This document shows, one piece after another, positions 1-13,226 of a stretch of DNA of 64,000 nucleotides. Position 1 is the first letter of the stretch. Each line of letters starts with the position of its first letter. The stretch comes from Octopus vulgaris (taxonomy: Eukaryota), in the NCBI GenBank assembly GCA_951406725.2, contig OX597815.1, forward strand, positions 70,246,001 to 70,310,000. The letters run 5' to 3'. The notes below the pieces were generated by a model, which saw only the letters and a program-made list of their open reading frames with translations, did no database searches and had not been told where the DNA came from. A program made the position numbers and the translations under genes.

Positions 1-153
1 AAGGAAGTATATATGGATTTAAATACTCTCATCAAAAGCAGTAATTTTTAATTTTTAATTTATCTTTCAAACAAACGCCATTTTATAGTATTACTTCAAA
101 TTAAAAAAGCAAAAAACTACCATTCGATATGTTATACAAAATTCGAATTTTAT

Positions 154-243
154 ATCTCTGAAGAGCAGAAGAGTTGTCTATAAATGCTTATCAATATAGG
201 ATTTCATTATAGAGACAACAATTCTGTGAAACGATCGTAAGAT
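154..243 (+). ncRNA. Type I hammerhead ribozyme with long stem II (probable PLE pLTR)
   Basis: Stem I ATCT(154-157)/AGAT(240-243); core CTGAAGA(158-164); stem II GCAGAA..GTTGTCT / AGACAAC..TTCTGT; GAAAC(228-232); palindromic stem III ACGATCGT; cleavage triplet GTA(237-239); AT-rich tail and (TA)n downstream. Confidence 0.85.
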
Positions 244-459
244 GCTTTAAGTACTTGACTCAAAACTTTTAAACTGTCATATACATTATATATTTATACT
301 TATACATATTTATATATATATATTTCTATACAAATTTATATTTATTTATTTATATATTTTAATACAACAATTAGTTTTCACACGTGTATATCTTTCTGAG
401 GAGTTTTCTGATATTCATTTCCTATTATTAATAATAATATATTATTAATATATATATAT

Positions 460-802
460 AACACAAAGAAGAATGGAGAATGATACATTTTTAATTCATA
501 ATCTATAATCCATAATTTGCTTATGAGCATTTCAGATGAACGTAAAACAATGTTACGTAAAACAATGATGCGTTCATTCTACTTTAATCGATCCATTTGG
601 CCTGGTTGCTCTAAGGAGGATGTACAAGCATCGATATTCTAGATCTATGTAATACTATAGTCGATCAAATATAGATCGATTAAGTTGCATGATTTACACA
701 TCATTGTATTACGTAACAATAGGTCATCTGAAACGTGCATAAGCAAATTATGATTGATAAATTATGAATTAAAATGTATAATTCTCCATTCTTCTTTGTG
801 TT
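460..802 (+). mobile_element. Fold-back PLE pLTR remnant containing a degenerate hammerhead
   Basis: 460-570 is an imperfect inverted copy of ~699-802. On +: stem I TTGCT(606-610)/AGCAA(742-746), core CTAAGGA (G5A), stem II GGATG/CATCT, GAAAC-GTGC-ATA. Starts directly after (TA)n. Confidence 0.7.
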
Positions 803-2501
803 TTGTACTATACTCTGATATCTTCAAAAGCTAACTTTGGATCTACTAATGGAACAGGAGTACAAATGTAATTGTGTGGACTACGTGGTTTACAGCGGAT
901 ATCACTCGTCGATCTAGTTAGTGTGTGTGTGCGTGCATGTGTGTGTGTGTGTACAATGTCACTTAACGTCTGCTCTCCATCTAGGTGAATAACATTGTAG
1001 TCGTATACACCAGTGGAACGAGCCACAAAATGACGAGGGTGATTTACATTTCCCTAGCTATAATCAGGGTTGGTTAGATTATCATGGTTTCGTTGCTCAT
1101 TGATAAAGAATCTCGAAACAGATGTAACGTCCTTTCAGCTACCAAAGACCCTCCTGTTCGGCTGAAACTACCGTCCGTTTTTGTTGATGTTAATACAAAG
1201 TCTGACGACTCTGTTTGACAACCCTACCAACATAATTTTTATGTCTTTACATGATAATTTTTGTTGATTTGAACTTTATAGTTTGGACCATCAAGTCGCA
1301 CCCTGGATTCTAAGATTTTTTAAGAATATCAAAGCAGTACCAATACCATTCAGTATTATAGATTATTTTACAGTCTTTTATGAAATAAGATAAACATTGT
1401 TAATTTAGATTTGTCAAGAAACATGTTGCTTAGCAACGCGCTGAAACAGGCTTTATGTATATATGTATATATATATATATATTATATTATATTATATTAT
1501 ATTGTTATTTTTAGTATATTGAGTTTCTCTAAGTAACACTTTCAAGATTGTTGCAGTGACACGCAATGGTCACACACTTACACACACACATGTTGCTATT
1601 GGCAATAATGCGATTCATCTGTAAAAATTATACAACTGCAATAGGTGCTAAATTCTCTATATTCAATATTTTCATTCTGGGACTACACATTTCAGATCTT
1701 CACAAAATAATTGAGACACAAAACAGACACCATATTCTGATAACAGGGTCTTTAAAAAAAATAATAAACAGAAAAATAAGAAGAACATTTTGTAAAAATA
1801 ATGATTTTCACTGATTCTGAATCTCTTGTCTAAAACAAAAATTCGAAAATTTTCTTCTTATAAAAATAAATGTGTTAGTGTTAACAGGGGGTGACATGAT
1901 CCGAAACTCCATCTTTTGATGTCAAGCAGACACGATATTCTCTGTCTTTCAATTATAATAAGTATACAAGGTGTATAGTTCTCAAAGGCATGTCCCGTCA
2001 TCACAGCCCGATAATACATAAAATATTGTGTATATAGAAGCAGAATATAAACTGCCCTGGTAAGTGTCATAACAGAGTAATGAGTGTATTGGGCTTTGCT
2101 TGATTCTAATGAAAGAAAATAATTTTAACAGATATAGTTTTCCATGTAAATGTGTAACATAGTAATAATGAATATGTGTGCGCGTGCGTATGTATTTATT
2201 GACCTTTGAAAATATTTTAAAGCGGTACAGAGTTACCAGTGTCCTAATTGCTGAAAACTCTATTTCTCTTGTTTATTCAACAAAACACACACACACACAC
2301 ACACATACACATAATTGTGTGTGTTTTGTAGAATAAAAAGTCACACAATACTAATGAATGTAACATTAGTAAAACTTGAAGCAAAAAAGAAAACAAATAA
2401 AGAAAAAAGACATGCCTGAAATACATAGAAATATAAAGTGGAAAAACGACAAAGAAGTATACAATGGAGTTTGATACGCGAAAGGAAGAAACGGAAGAGA
2501 A

Positions 2502-2534
2502 CCTGACGTTTCGGATGAAGTCCTTTATCAAAGA
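2502..2534 (-). ncRNA. Minimal hammerhead-like motif with U3-A8 core
   Basis: Minus strand reads tct-TTGATAA-A-GGA-cttca-TCC-GAAAC-GTC-agg; lies in a pyrimidine-rich PLE-like tail running toward (CA)n at 2286. Confidence 0.6.
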
Positions 2535-3199
2535 GAAGGAAAAGAATAGAAAAGGAGATTGAACGAAAGGAGAAGGACAGAAAAGACAAGATACAAAAAG
2601 ACTTCTATTTTCATGGCAGATCTCAGGAACTCGTGCGCGCATGAACGTGTGTGCTTGTGCATGCGTGTGTAAATGCAGCTAATAAAAATAAAATATACAA
2701 AATACAGGATACAAATATGTATGTATAAATCTACGTTGTATATTCTTGTGTGTGTCTGAAAATGATAGCAAGAAGAGAGATGACATCACAGTGGTCGCGC
2801 ACTACTGAAATCTTAAATAAATACGTCGTCTCTTGTCGACGACCCTTACTGCCGCCATCACTAGTAACGTGCCTTCGCCACCAGCTCCACCAACATTACA
2901 ATCACTTCCACTATTATAGCCTCCGCTCCCGCCCTTTACTTCACCACTGCAGCCATCATGGCTAATGTCACCACCTTCGTCACCAACATAACGATTCCAC
3001 ACATTTCTGCTTTTTACTATCAACAAACACATTTTGAACATTATCATCTGAACACAGCTTACAAATCTTCATCACCACCAACATCATTACCATCATCATC
3101 ATCATCATCATCACCACAACGACGACAACCATCACCATCATCATACCCGTCATCATCATCCTTATCATCCTCATCTTCCTCCTCCTCATCCTCATCCTC

Positions 3200-3236
<37 letters not shown>

Positions 3237-3516
3237 GTATCAATAATAACAACAACCAGCGTCTCCAACAACAGCAGCAGCGACTGTCTTAACAAAACCG
3301 ATATGTTTTTTTAGGTATGAGCAATTATGTTGTTTACAAAAGTAGATTCAAGGTTTAAAAAAAAATAGGCCTCAAGAGTGACGATCTTGATCGTTTCAAA
3401 TTTTCTGACAGTCACCAGCCTGAATTCTTGGGTATTGGTAGGAAGGGTGTGGGTGTTGGTGATAGTATTGTGCTGGTAAACATGGTACTAGTTAGTGGTG
3501 ATAGTAGTTGTTGTTG

Positions 3517-3548
<32 letters not shown>

Positions 3549-5099
3549 GGTGGTGGTGGTGGTGGGTTTTACTCGTATAGGTTATAATAGTGGTGGTGGT
3601 CGTGGTGATACGATTGTGATGGGGATGGAGGCTTTGATGCATCGATGATTCTCTAGTTTAAAGGTGTTTAACATGACGGCCCACGGCAATGTTTAACTCC
3701 AACCCCGGTACAATCTTATTTTAAAAAATAATTTTAGAAGTTTTTAAATATTCTATAAATCATATATCACTTGCACGCGTTCAGAGTCGTTGTTAGACTA
3801 GAATCGTAATTAGTATCAGTAATGATTAGTCAAATCAGTGGATTTTTTATCTCAACAAATAAAAATGAATTTTTAATTCATATAACAATATAGTGGCCTA
3901 TTTCCGCTTCATTTTATCTATACACTTTAATTCAAACGATTTTTTTTGTCTATTAAACAAAAAAAAAGACTTTTTTTGCCTGTGATTGAAAATCACGATT
4001 TATAGCTCGCCTGGGACCAAGCAGCAATAAAAACCTACTAGAACCGTATTTTTCTAAAGCTTTTTCCTTGTCTGTGTTTTCCACCAATAACATCACTGCA
4101 ATCATTTAAACAGAATACAAACTATTAATCCAATCGAGTTGGTTGTGGAAATTGCGTTCCATGGATTTGCACATCGGACACAGGAACCTTCCGAAATCTT
4201 CCACAGTTTATATGATGTAGTACGTATTTCTTATTTACACTGGCCAATAGGAAGAGGTTTCGTGAACTGACTTGCATATGATTAACGTGTTATATCACCA
4301 GCAAAAATTCAACCAGCGCAATAAGGGTTAGTATTCCTACGTCTCAAAGGCCTCGTAATGCCTCAGATCACTACCGGTTGTTGAAACTAAATTATAATCC
4401 ATAATATTCTTTAAAATCTTTTCTGTGCGACTATCTCTAAAAATGTAATTATTGAAACAATGGCAATGGAAATAGATATTAGATAATGATATTAATTGCT
4501 TAATTAATAAAACAAAAGCAAAGTATGAGATAAGCGAATAATAGTTTTAATTTGAAAGTTTTGAAATTTGACATTCTTAGAATCCCTAAAGAAGTCTTGA
4601 AGCCATTTTTATAGCATTACAAACTTGAGAAAATATTTAGCACGAAGTATGCCTCCCGGCAGATGTGAAGCGATAATTCAAATCTATTTTCACCAAACTA
4701 AAATAGCTTAATTACTAACCCAACATATGGAAACAAAATTACATCTTTTATCAGGAAATAAAATCACAAGAAATACCATAAATAATAGTTATGGTTATTA
4801 AACAAATAATACTTTATTTAAATATTATAAATAATAGTTAAAAATAATGAAATAAATAGTGATTTATGTCGTTTTCTTAACAACAGTAAATGACTTTTGT
4901 ACAAAAAGAAAATTTGTTCAATGGTAATACATGGAATTAGCAAAATACAAACCAGCTGGTGGTTTTTCCGATAACTTACGCAATATATATATATATAAAG
5001 ATGAAGGCAGGTTTACGAAAATAAACAAGTAACAAAGGCAGGTGGAGTACAAATAAACAATGTATTAGTATGGCGCTCAGGAATAGAAATAAAACAAGT

Positions 5100-5135
5100 C
5101 TTTTACGTTTCAAGTCTACGCTCTTCGACAGAAAG
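5100..5135 (-). ncRNA. Minimal hammerhead, CUGUCGA (A6U) core, in PLE tail between (TA)n and (CA)n
   Basis: Minus strand: CTTT-CTGTCGA-AGAGC-GTAG-ACTT-GAAAC-GTA-AAAG; homologous to 59187-59222 and 63065-63100. Confidence 0.7.
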
Positions 5136-5190
5136 ATACACAGAAAAGAAACAAGGAGAGAACAAAATTGCGTGTAGGGGCTAACGATCC

Positions 5191-5243
<53 letters not shown>

Positions 5244-5245
<2 letters not shown>

Positions 5246-5435
5246 TTATTTTATAGAAGGAGTTCTACAGGACTAGAACTGTTTCATTCAAATGAAATCA
5301 TCAGGTTCTTGATGATTTCATTTGAATGAAACAGTTCTAGTCCTGTAGAAGCTCCTTCTATAAAATAAATTAATTTACTCTGCTATGTATTGAGTACCTT
5401 ATTTACTGTGGTTAACCCCGACTCAACCCGGGACC

Positions 5436-5437
<2 letters not shown>
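5244..5437. mobile_element. Fold-back cassette with hammerhead cores on both strands, between (TA)n tracts
   Basis: Arms 5244-5303 and 5310-5370 are inverted (one indel). Each reads YTGATGA-tttcatttgaat-GAAAC-AG-ttctagtc-CT-GTA-GAA. Confidence 0.75.
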
Positions 5438-5509
<72 letters not shown>

Positions 5510-5542
5510 AAATGTACAGTATTATACATCCATCACGGCGGA

Positions 5543-5625
5543 TCTTACCAATCGGTTTCGCGCTAGGAATACAATGGAGTGTTAGACAACAATCTAATTA
5601 TATAACCTTATACTCATCAGAGTTA
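5543..5625 (-). ncRNA. Type I hammerhead with long decayed stem II
   Basis: Minus strand: aact-CTGATGA-Gtataagg...ttagattgttgtctaa...cctagcgC-GAAAC-CGATTG-GTA-agat; followed by (TA)n. Confidence 0.65.
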
Positions 5626-5935
5626 GCTGATATGGAAAGGAATATGGCGACTGCTCTCCACACACACACACATATTAGGTAAGTTATTAAGCCATTTTGG
5701 TTTGACCAAAAGAACCGATAGCGATCTGAGGCATTACCTCTTATATTAACTCTTTCTGTAGCTTTCTCTATGATATAAAGCGTGACTAGACAAATCAACC
5801 GGCTAACCAACATGTATATTAGCTATTATTATTTAGAGATATAGTCTTTTCCTCGCCGAATCAGTATTTCTAATTGAATTACTAGCATGTCAACTGTATT
5901 TCATTTCATTGCTATAAAGTACTATAGAACATTTT

Positions 5936-6354
5936 TTCTTTTATTCTTTTACTTGTGTTCAGTCATTTAACGGCGGCCATGCTAGAGCACCGCCTTTAGT
6001 CGAATAAATCGACCGCAGGACTTATTCTTTGTAAACCTAGTACTTGTTCTATCGGTCTCTTTTGCCGAACCGCTAAGTTACGGGGATGTAAACACACCAA
6101 AAACGGTTGTCGAGCGATGTTAGGGGGACAAACACAGACACACAAACATACACACACACGCAAACACATACATACATACTCACATATACATATATACGAC
6201 GGGTTTCTTTCAGTTTCCGTCAACCAAATCCACTGACAATGCTTTGGTCGGCCCGAGACTATAGTAGAAGACACTTGCCCAAGGTGCCACGCAGTGGGAC
6301 TGAACCCAGAACCATGTGGTTGGTAAGCAAGCTACTTACCACACAGCCACTCCT
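5936..6354 (-). mobile_element. tRNA-derived SINE family A, near full length
   Basis: Reverse complement of 19098-19529: tRNA-like head, CCTTGGGCAAGT segment, internal microsatellite, GACTGAAACAAGTAAAAGA-type tail. Confidence 0.85.
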
Positions 6355-7072
6355 ATTTGTACATTTTTTAAACTAACTCGAAACAGTTAATACATCAGTA
6401 ATCAAATAGATTCCAAACTTCCATGAAAGTGTTAAAATTACTGATTGGTCAACTCTATTTACTAAAAGTCTCCGATATTAATGAATTTCTAAACAATGAG
6501 AATGTGGATAGTTAAAGAGGGTACTCAGTTGCTGATAAAATTCTAACACAGGATTGAAACATGCACGCCTATTCTCCCCTTCTTCTATCCACGAACATGT
6601 TTTAAATAAAGACTTGTTTACACACATCAAAACATGCAACGCTGGCTAGAAATATCTGTAGACAAATTCCAGAGTACATTACAGCAATTCCAATTAGATG
6701 TCTCGTGCATTAAAAATAATAACACAAATACTGACTCAGCTAGTGTCTTCTATGCAGATGGCATCACCGACTAATTAACATAATATATTTATTTTAATAA
6801 ATAGCATATAAGATACGTTGCATTATCTAATTAGAAGGAGGGTGGACGTTCATTGCTATACGGCTAAATTCATTCTCTTGTTTCGTAATGATGACTGTCC
6901 AAACTGTGGTATCGTTTTCTGTTTATATACCCATCAATAAATTTTGTCTTTGCTCCTTTGACGGAAACAAACATTCCAGGTTAATATATTAATATATTCA
7001 TGATATGTTAATGTATGCTATGAAGGTTAGAATCTATTTTCTCATACGTCTGATGACGCTTTTTATTTAGTG

Positions 7073-7137
<65 letters not shown>

Positions 7138-7634
7138 CATACATACATACATACATACATACATACATACATACATACATACATACATACATACATACAT
7201 ACATACGTACATACATACATATATGTTTGCGCGAATATTTTCTTTACCTATTTATTATTTGTTTATCTATGGTATTTCGTTGTTTGTTTATCAGGTAGTG
7301 TGTCTCATCAACGTCGTCGCATAAATCAGAAAATAGTTCCCAGTAGCGTGGAACTGCAGAAAAATATCCGGTTTAAAATGGTGGCATTCATAAGTAGCTT
7401 GGGTTTCAGAAAAAAAAAAAGACAACGTAAAAAAATAAATATAAAAATAAAAATACATAAGAACACAACTAAAATAAACAAAAATGAAATTTATATACTA
7501 TATGTATTTTGCTGATGTTTATCTCAACATCTATATCTAGGTGAGGATGTTTTACGCTTTCTCCTCTCACTTCTTCCCTCTGTATACACACAAACACACA
7601 CACACACCCATATATATATATATATATATATATA

Positions 7635-7800
7635 GGCGCAGGCATAGCTGCGTGGTAAGAAGCTTGCTACCCAACCACATAGTTCCGCGTTCAGTCCTAC
7701 TGCGTGGTGCCTTGGACAGGTGTCTTCTACTATAACCTCGAGCCGACCAAAGCCTTGAATGGATTTGGTAGACGGAAACTGAAAGAAGCCTGTTGTGTGT
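7635..7800 (+). mobile_element. SINE family A, 5' half
   Basis: ggcgcaggcatagctgcgtggtaagaagcttgc...gacggaaactgaaagaagcc matches the family A head. Confidence 0.8.
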
Positions 7801-8959
7801 GTACACACACACACACAAATGCATTCGTATTTATAGATACATATACACGCATACATATGCACTCACACACACGCACATACACATACATACTATATATACA
7901 CAAATACATACACACGAGTGAGTGTAATGCTACATATACTCTACAATTCTGTAGAAACGTAAATAACTCTAAACTACGAAAACTATGTAACCAAATTTAA
8001 ATAATTCCAGTTATTCTCTTCGCACGTAGAAAAACTAACGTTCTGATGTTTCTTGGCTGGTTGGCCACTCTTCAGCGAATAACTACTTTTGATTCCTTTC
8101 CCCGCAAAGAAAACTTAGCACTAGTTACTATTTAAATCAAATACTAACATTGGCTTAAATGAAGTGATTAGAGTAATCTGCATTTGGCCATTTGAAAAGC
8201 GGCGAAAATTGATAAATATTTTATGAACAAACGGCGTATTTTAGAAAATATGAAAAAATTTTCAAAATTAGCTACTAGTTTCTAACTCCAATGCCATTGC
8301 AAAAATTTATTGATTATTTAGTCATAGTATCGAAAAATGCATAATGTTCAAACTAGTCTAATCATTTCAGTTAGAGGATGATTTGTGTTTGATTTAAATA
8401 GTGATTGCTACTAAATACTCTGAAATCATACCATACCATTTCAGAAAAGAAGGATACTCTGTATAATGTGGTCATACGTACACTGTATCTAGGGCAGAGA
8501 GGGGATAGTCATGGCTGGAACCCTTTCATCATGCATTGTTTGATCATTACCTGAGACCGAAGCGTCATCAACAACAATCAGAATACAAATCTACTAATAT
8601 TTCTACACAGGGTGGCGGAAATAGCAAGATGGAAGTTGGGTTAAAGCTGAACTGTTGCAAAGATACTGGTTGAAGGAAAGAAAATGAACAGAAATGCAAT
8701 TACAAAGGGCCTGAATTGGGAAAATAAAAAGGATTGGAATGTTAGGGCGGCTATAACTAAATTCCTTGTACGTGAAAACTCAGTGCTAAAACGATTTACA
8801 ATGATGCATTATTATATAGACTACATACGTATATACTCCGCACGTATAGAAACTTTAGATCAGTTCAAATATATTTGGTACATAATTGAACATTGCACAG
8901 CTACATATTTGTACCGGCCTGTGGAACGCTTTTTCGTTAGGTGTCTATGTAGTCGCTAA

Positions 8960-9189
8960 CAGACATACTGGTGGCCTTCCCTCAGTTGATCCAGTGGGTC
9001 ATCGATGATGGAGGGAGAAAGTATTGCACCAGTACACAACTGGTACTCATTTTCAGCTGAGTTACTTGGAACAACGTGAAATGAAATGTCTTGTTCAAGA
9101 ACATAAAACGGCGCCCGGTCCAGTAATCGAAGCGATGAATTTATGATTGTGAAGTCAACACTTTTAACCTTGAAACCATGCGTCCTCCT
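8960..9189 (-). mobile_element. Decayed tRNA-derived SINE
   Basis: Minus strand has a tRNA-like head, CTTGAACAAGACA segment and actcagctgaaaatgagtaccag motif. Confidence 0.5.
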
Positions 9190-9821
9190 CAAGTATACAC
9201 TTGGAAGACCACTGAATTTGAAACCACTTCTTGATATTTATTAGAAATACATCCGTCGTTATAGTTTTGATTTATAAACCGTAACAAACAGTAAATAAAG
9301 GGTGAATGTATCAAATGAAACGATTTAGTACCGACAACAAAAAGTAGCCCAACAATATTGACACTATTCATGTGAGATGGTGTAATGTATAAGTCCTTCT
9401 TGTTAGATGGGCTTTGTATTTTTCTGTTAATAGCTTTATCTTCTATGTTATAGTCAGGAAAAATTACATGACCTATGATCGTTTACAGCACCGTGAAGAC
9501 TTGTCGAAGGGAAGAAAGAAAATACAGGCATCTTCCGCATAATGGCTGCCTCAGGTTACGGGATTTCGCTCTTGCAGAAATTATAAAGTATGACCATTAC
9601 TTTTGGGATACGGTCTGTAATTTAGCTCAATGGCCACTTGCGTTTTAGTTAAGATCAAAACATATAGTTAACGATTTGGAAAACTATCATAACGTTACAC
9701 ACATGGACACATGTATACATAATGTACATAATGCGAGTATATATACAAGCATACATACATACATACATACATACATACATACATACATACATACATACAT
9801 AAGTATATGCATATGCATGTG

Positions 9822-9909
<88 letters not shown>

Positions 9910-10053
9910 CGTTTTCTTAAGAGAATTCAAGCCGGTGGCTAACAAAGCGACAAAGCTTTTTGAGTTAAGAGAGTTCCCGGTCTTCGTAAATATATGGTTG
10001 TGTTGGTGTGTTGGTTGACCTGTCGATGCATACATTCAAGTGTTTGCATCTAT

Positions 10054-10200
10054 TCACATAAGAAACTTAGAGAATTTTGGGATTGTTTGACAAATCTTCT
10101 CTGTGCCTCTAAGAGATTGGATGTGGAGAATCCGCGTCAGTTTCTTTTGATCTTTCTTTGTGAAGCCTAGTGTTTCTAGCTTTTTGTGCATATGTATGTG
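10054..10200 (-). mobile_element. 3' end of an REL-endonuclease (R2/R4-group) LINE
   Basis: LETLGFTKKDQKKLTRILHIQSLRGTEKICQT..KFLM*; same C-terminal pattern as 54820-55143. Confidence 0.5.
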
Positions 10201-10244
10201 GAAGAAAGGTGTGTGGCGTGTGATCGTCGCATCACAGAGAAAGT

Positions 10245-10830
10245 TGTCATGGCGATACCTGCTCAGAGGTTTACGCAAAGTTGCAGAAAGTGTATGGAGA
10301 GGAGTGTATGAGCCGCTCACAAGTTTACGCATGGTTCAGACGTTTTAAAAATGGCTGAAAATACGTCGATATTGACGAAAGTTCTGGGAGACCTGCGACC
10401 ACCAGAACTGAGAAAAACATCACAGATGTACGTGCAGCTATAAGGGGAAATCGTCGAATCACCATCCGTGTGTTATCAGAGGATGTGCAGATTAGTTAGG
10501 GCTTAGTTCAGTCCATTATCATTGAAGATTTGGGTATGAAACACGTGTCTGCCATACTTGTGCCAAAACTGCTTTCAGCTGACCGAAAAGCCACTCGGCT
10601 TTCAGTTGCACAAGGTCTTCTTCATTGTATCGAGAACGCTGAAAACATTTTTGAAAACTTTGTGTAGGCTTCTGAGCTTGTATCGCCAAGTGGAAGGGAA
10701 CTAGAACTTTAAAACTCAGTGCGCATGCACAGCAGGGTTCCCGGTCAATCTGTGCCAAGTGGCTTCACTGTGTGTGCTTTAACGTCATTACTATAACAAC
10801 AGTCCGGATACTTATTGATCAGACCTCGTA
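10245..10830 (+). mobile_element. Internally deleted mariner-like remnant
   Basis: VYGEECMSRSQVYAWFRRFKNG*..DIDESSGRPAT helix-turn-helix region; right TIR agtccggatacttattgatcagacctcg followed by TA. Confidence 0.75.
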
Positions 10831-11684
10831 TGTATGTATGTAGGGGGAGCGTTCAAAACGTATCCGACTTTATTTTCCCCCGCCAAAACTAATGCCGCGT
10901 GGCTAAAATCCTTTGGGTAGGAGGTGACGTCAACCTTCCTGCACATGCATGAAAATATTTGTACCGGTAAACTTCATCAGTTACCAGTTATCACCAGAGT
11001 ACAGATATGTAGTGTACGCTCGTCGAACTTTCGTTTCGCCGAACGTATTGAGAAGAGATATTGCATTGAGTTTTGTCTAAAGCTTCGTGATATTCAAGCT
11101 CAAAGCATCTCGAAGATTCAACAGGTCTCTGGTGACAATGCCATGGGTAAAACTCAGATCAAGGAGTGGCACAACCACGTCAAACATAGTCGTACGTCAG
11201 TGAAGAGTTAGGCACGCTCAAGTAAGTCGTCTACAAGCCGAAACGAGGAGTCGATTGAAAAGGTTTGGCAAATAGTCATGGAAGACCGTCCGTATAACAA
11301 TCCAGCAAATAGGTCACGAAGTGGGAATAAACACAATCAGTGCATTCCATTTTAACAGAGGATTTGTACATGCGGAAAGTGTCGTCGAAATTCGTCCTCA
11401 AGATGCTGGCGGAGCAGCAGAAGCAACTTCACATGGAAATCGCTTAGGACATGCTGAACAAATCACAACTGTGCAAACCAAGGGTTGCAACAAATTAATT
11501 GATGAAAAATTAATTGCAATATATTGGTCCAGTTAATTGTTTGGAGTCGTACTGCAAATTAGATAATTGATTGCTATCATATCAATTAATTGCTGTTAAT
11601 TGCAACATTATCAGCAAAAGTTTTTCAAATGGCTCATACTTCATACGACGCTCAATTGGCAAATATAGCATTCTATTATTATTA

Positions 11685-12904
11685 TTAGGTTGGCGACTAA
11701 GTTCCCGCCGTTTTTTAAAATTCAAATTTTTTAAAAGGTTTAATAAAAAAAATAACAACTAATTAATCAGTAATGTATTCACCCTTGTTGTTTACAACTT
11801 CTTCCCAACGTTCAACAAGATTTTCAATACTTCGTTGGTAGAAATCACCCATTTCGACTTGAAAAACTGATCCAACAAAGCTCTTAATTCTGCATCAGTA
11901 TTGAACGAAATTCCGCGCATAGCATTTGAAAGAGATCGAAAGAGATGGAAATCCGTTGGTGCCAAATCAGGAGAGTGCGGCGGATGTGGCAGCACTTCCC
12001 AGCCATGCGTTTGAATGGCTTCTTTGATTATATTGGCGATATGAGGGCGAGAGTTGTAGTGCAGCAGAAGAACTCCATGCTGACGATTAGGTCTTTTCTC
12101 TTGAATAGCCGTGTTGAGTCTATCATCTGTTGAACATAGAGTTCCGCGTTGACCGTTTGGTTCCGTCTAAGCAATTCGTAATGGATAATCCCTTCTCAGT
12201 TCCACCATACGCAAAACATCGTTTAACGCGGATGAAGAGGTGTCGCTTGTTTAGCGGGACTAAGCCATTCCTTGCGCTGCTTCATATTGATGTACATGCA
12301 CCATTTTTCGTCGCCAGTAACGATTCGGTAAAGAAATCGTTGCTTGTGTTCATGGGTTGAGCGGTGACGAGCAAGCAAACCAGCGGAGATTGTGACTCGT
12401 TGATTTTTGTTGTTGTCACTTAAAGCATGCAGAACCCATGCTCCATACTTCTGAACCTTTCCCATCGAGTGAAGATGCTTCTCTATAGCAGTGTAGGAGC
12501 ATTCCATTTTCTCTGCTAGTTCCCTTGTTGTTTGACGAGAATTTTCGTGCAAAAGTTGGTTTAATCGCTTGTTATCGAATTCAACTGGACGGCTAGAACG
12601 AGGTGTGTCTTTGAGGTCAAAATTTCCATTTTTTGAACTTGGCATACCAATCACAAGCGGTTCTTTCAGCTATGGCACCCTCTCCATACACAGTACAAAT
12701 GTTGCGAGCAGCTTTTACAGTCTTAGAACCTTGATTAAAAGCAAAAAGAAGGAGGTGTCGAAAATGCTCGTTTTTCTTAACTTGACATTCCATTCTAATG
12801 ATCTGAAAATAAACAAAAATTATCTAAAATTAACCAGAAAAAACAAAAAAAAAAAAAGGTTCCAAAATTTTCTTTAAACGGCGGGAACTTAGTTGCCAAC
12901 CCGA
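11685..12904 (-). mobile_element. Mariner element C (~1.2 kb, disrupted transposase) inserted in hAT B
   Basis: TIRs TTAGGTTGGCGACTAAGTTCCCGCCGTTT / AAACGGCGGGAACTTAGTTGCCAACCCGA with TA TSD; motifs WVLHAL, IVTGDEKW, HPPHSPDLAPTDFHLFRSL. Confidence 0.92.
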
Positions 12905-12919
12905 TATTTGAGGTATTGT

Positions 12920-13226
12920 GTTGACGCTTTGTTCTGACTGCTGAGAATGATTCACACATTCTGTCGTGCTTAGGAATTGACTGTTGTGTATGTTGTCAAG
13001 TGCTGTTGCTTGATTCGGACTGCTGAGAATGATACACATTCTATCATGCTTGGGAATTGGTTATCTTGTCAAATAACCGCTGTCGAGTGTTGACGCTTGG
13101 TTAGGACTGCCGAGAATGATTGACACATTCTGTCGTGTTTGGAAATTGGTTATTGAGTATGTTGTCAAATAATCGCTGTTGAGTGATTTTTGGTTCTGAC
13201 TGTCGAGAATGATTCACACATTCTGC
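12920..13226 (+). repeat. Four degenerate ~85-95-bp tandem units in the hAT B subterminal region
   Basis: Core gactgYYgagaatgattcacacattct recurs at ~12936, 13018, 13105 and 13198. Confidence 0.8.

Noticed and set aside
7050-7075. CTGATGA plus short hairpin before (TA)n
   Set aside because: No GAAA or stem III; cannot be distinguished from chance.
12920-13226. CRISPR-like repeat-spacer appearance
   Set aside because: Inter-core sequences are homologous to one another, repeats are degenerate, context is a eukaryotic transposon and no cas genes are present.
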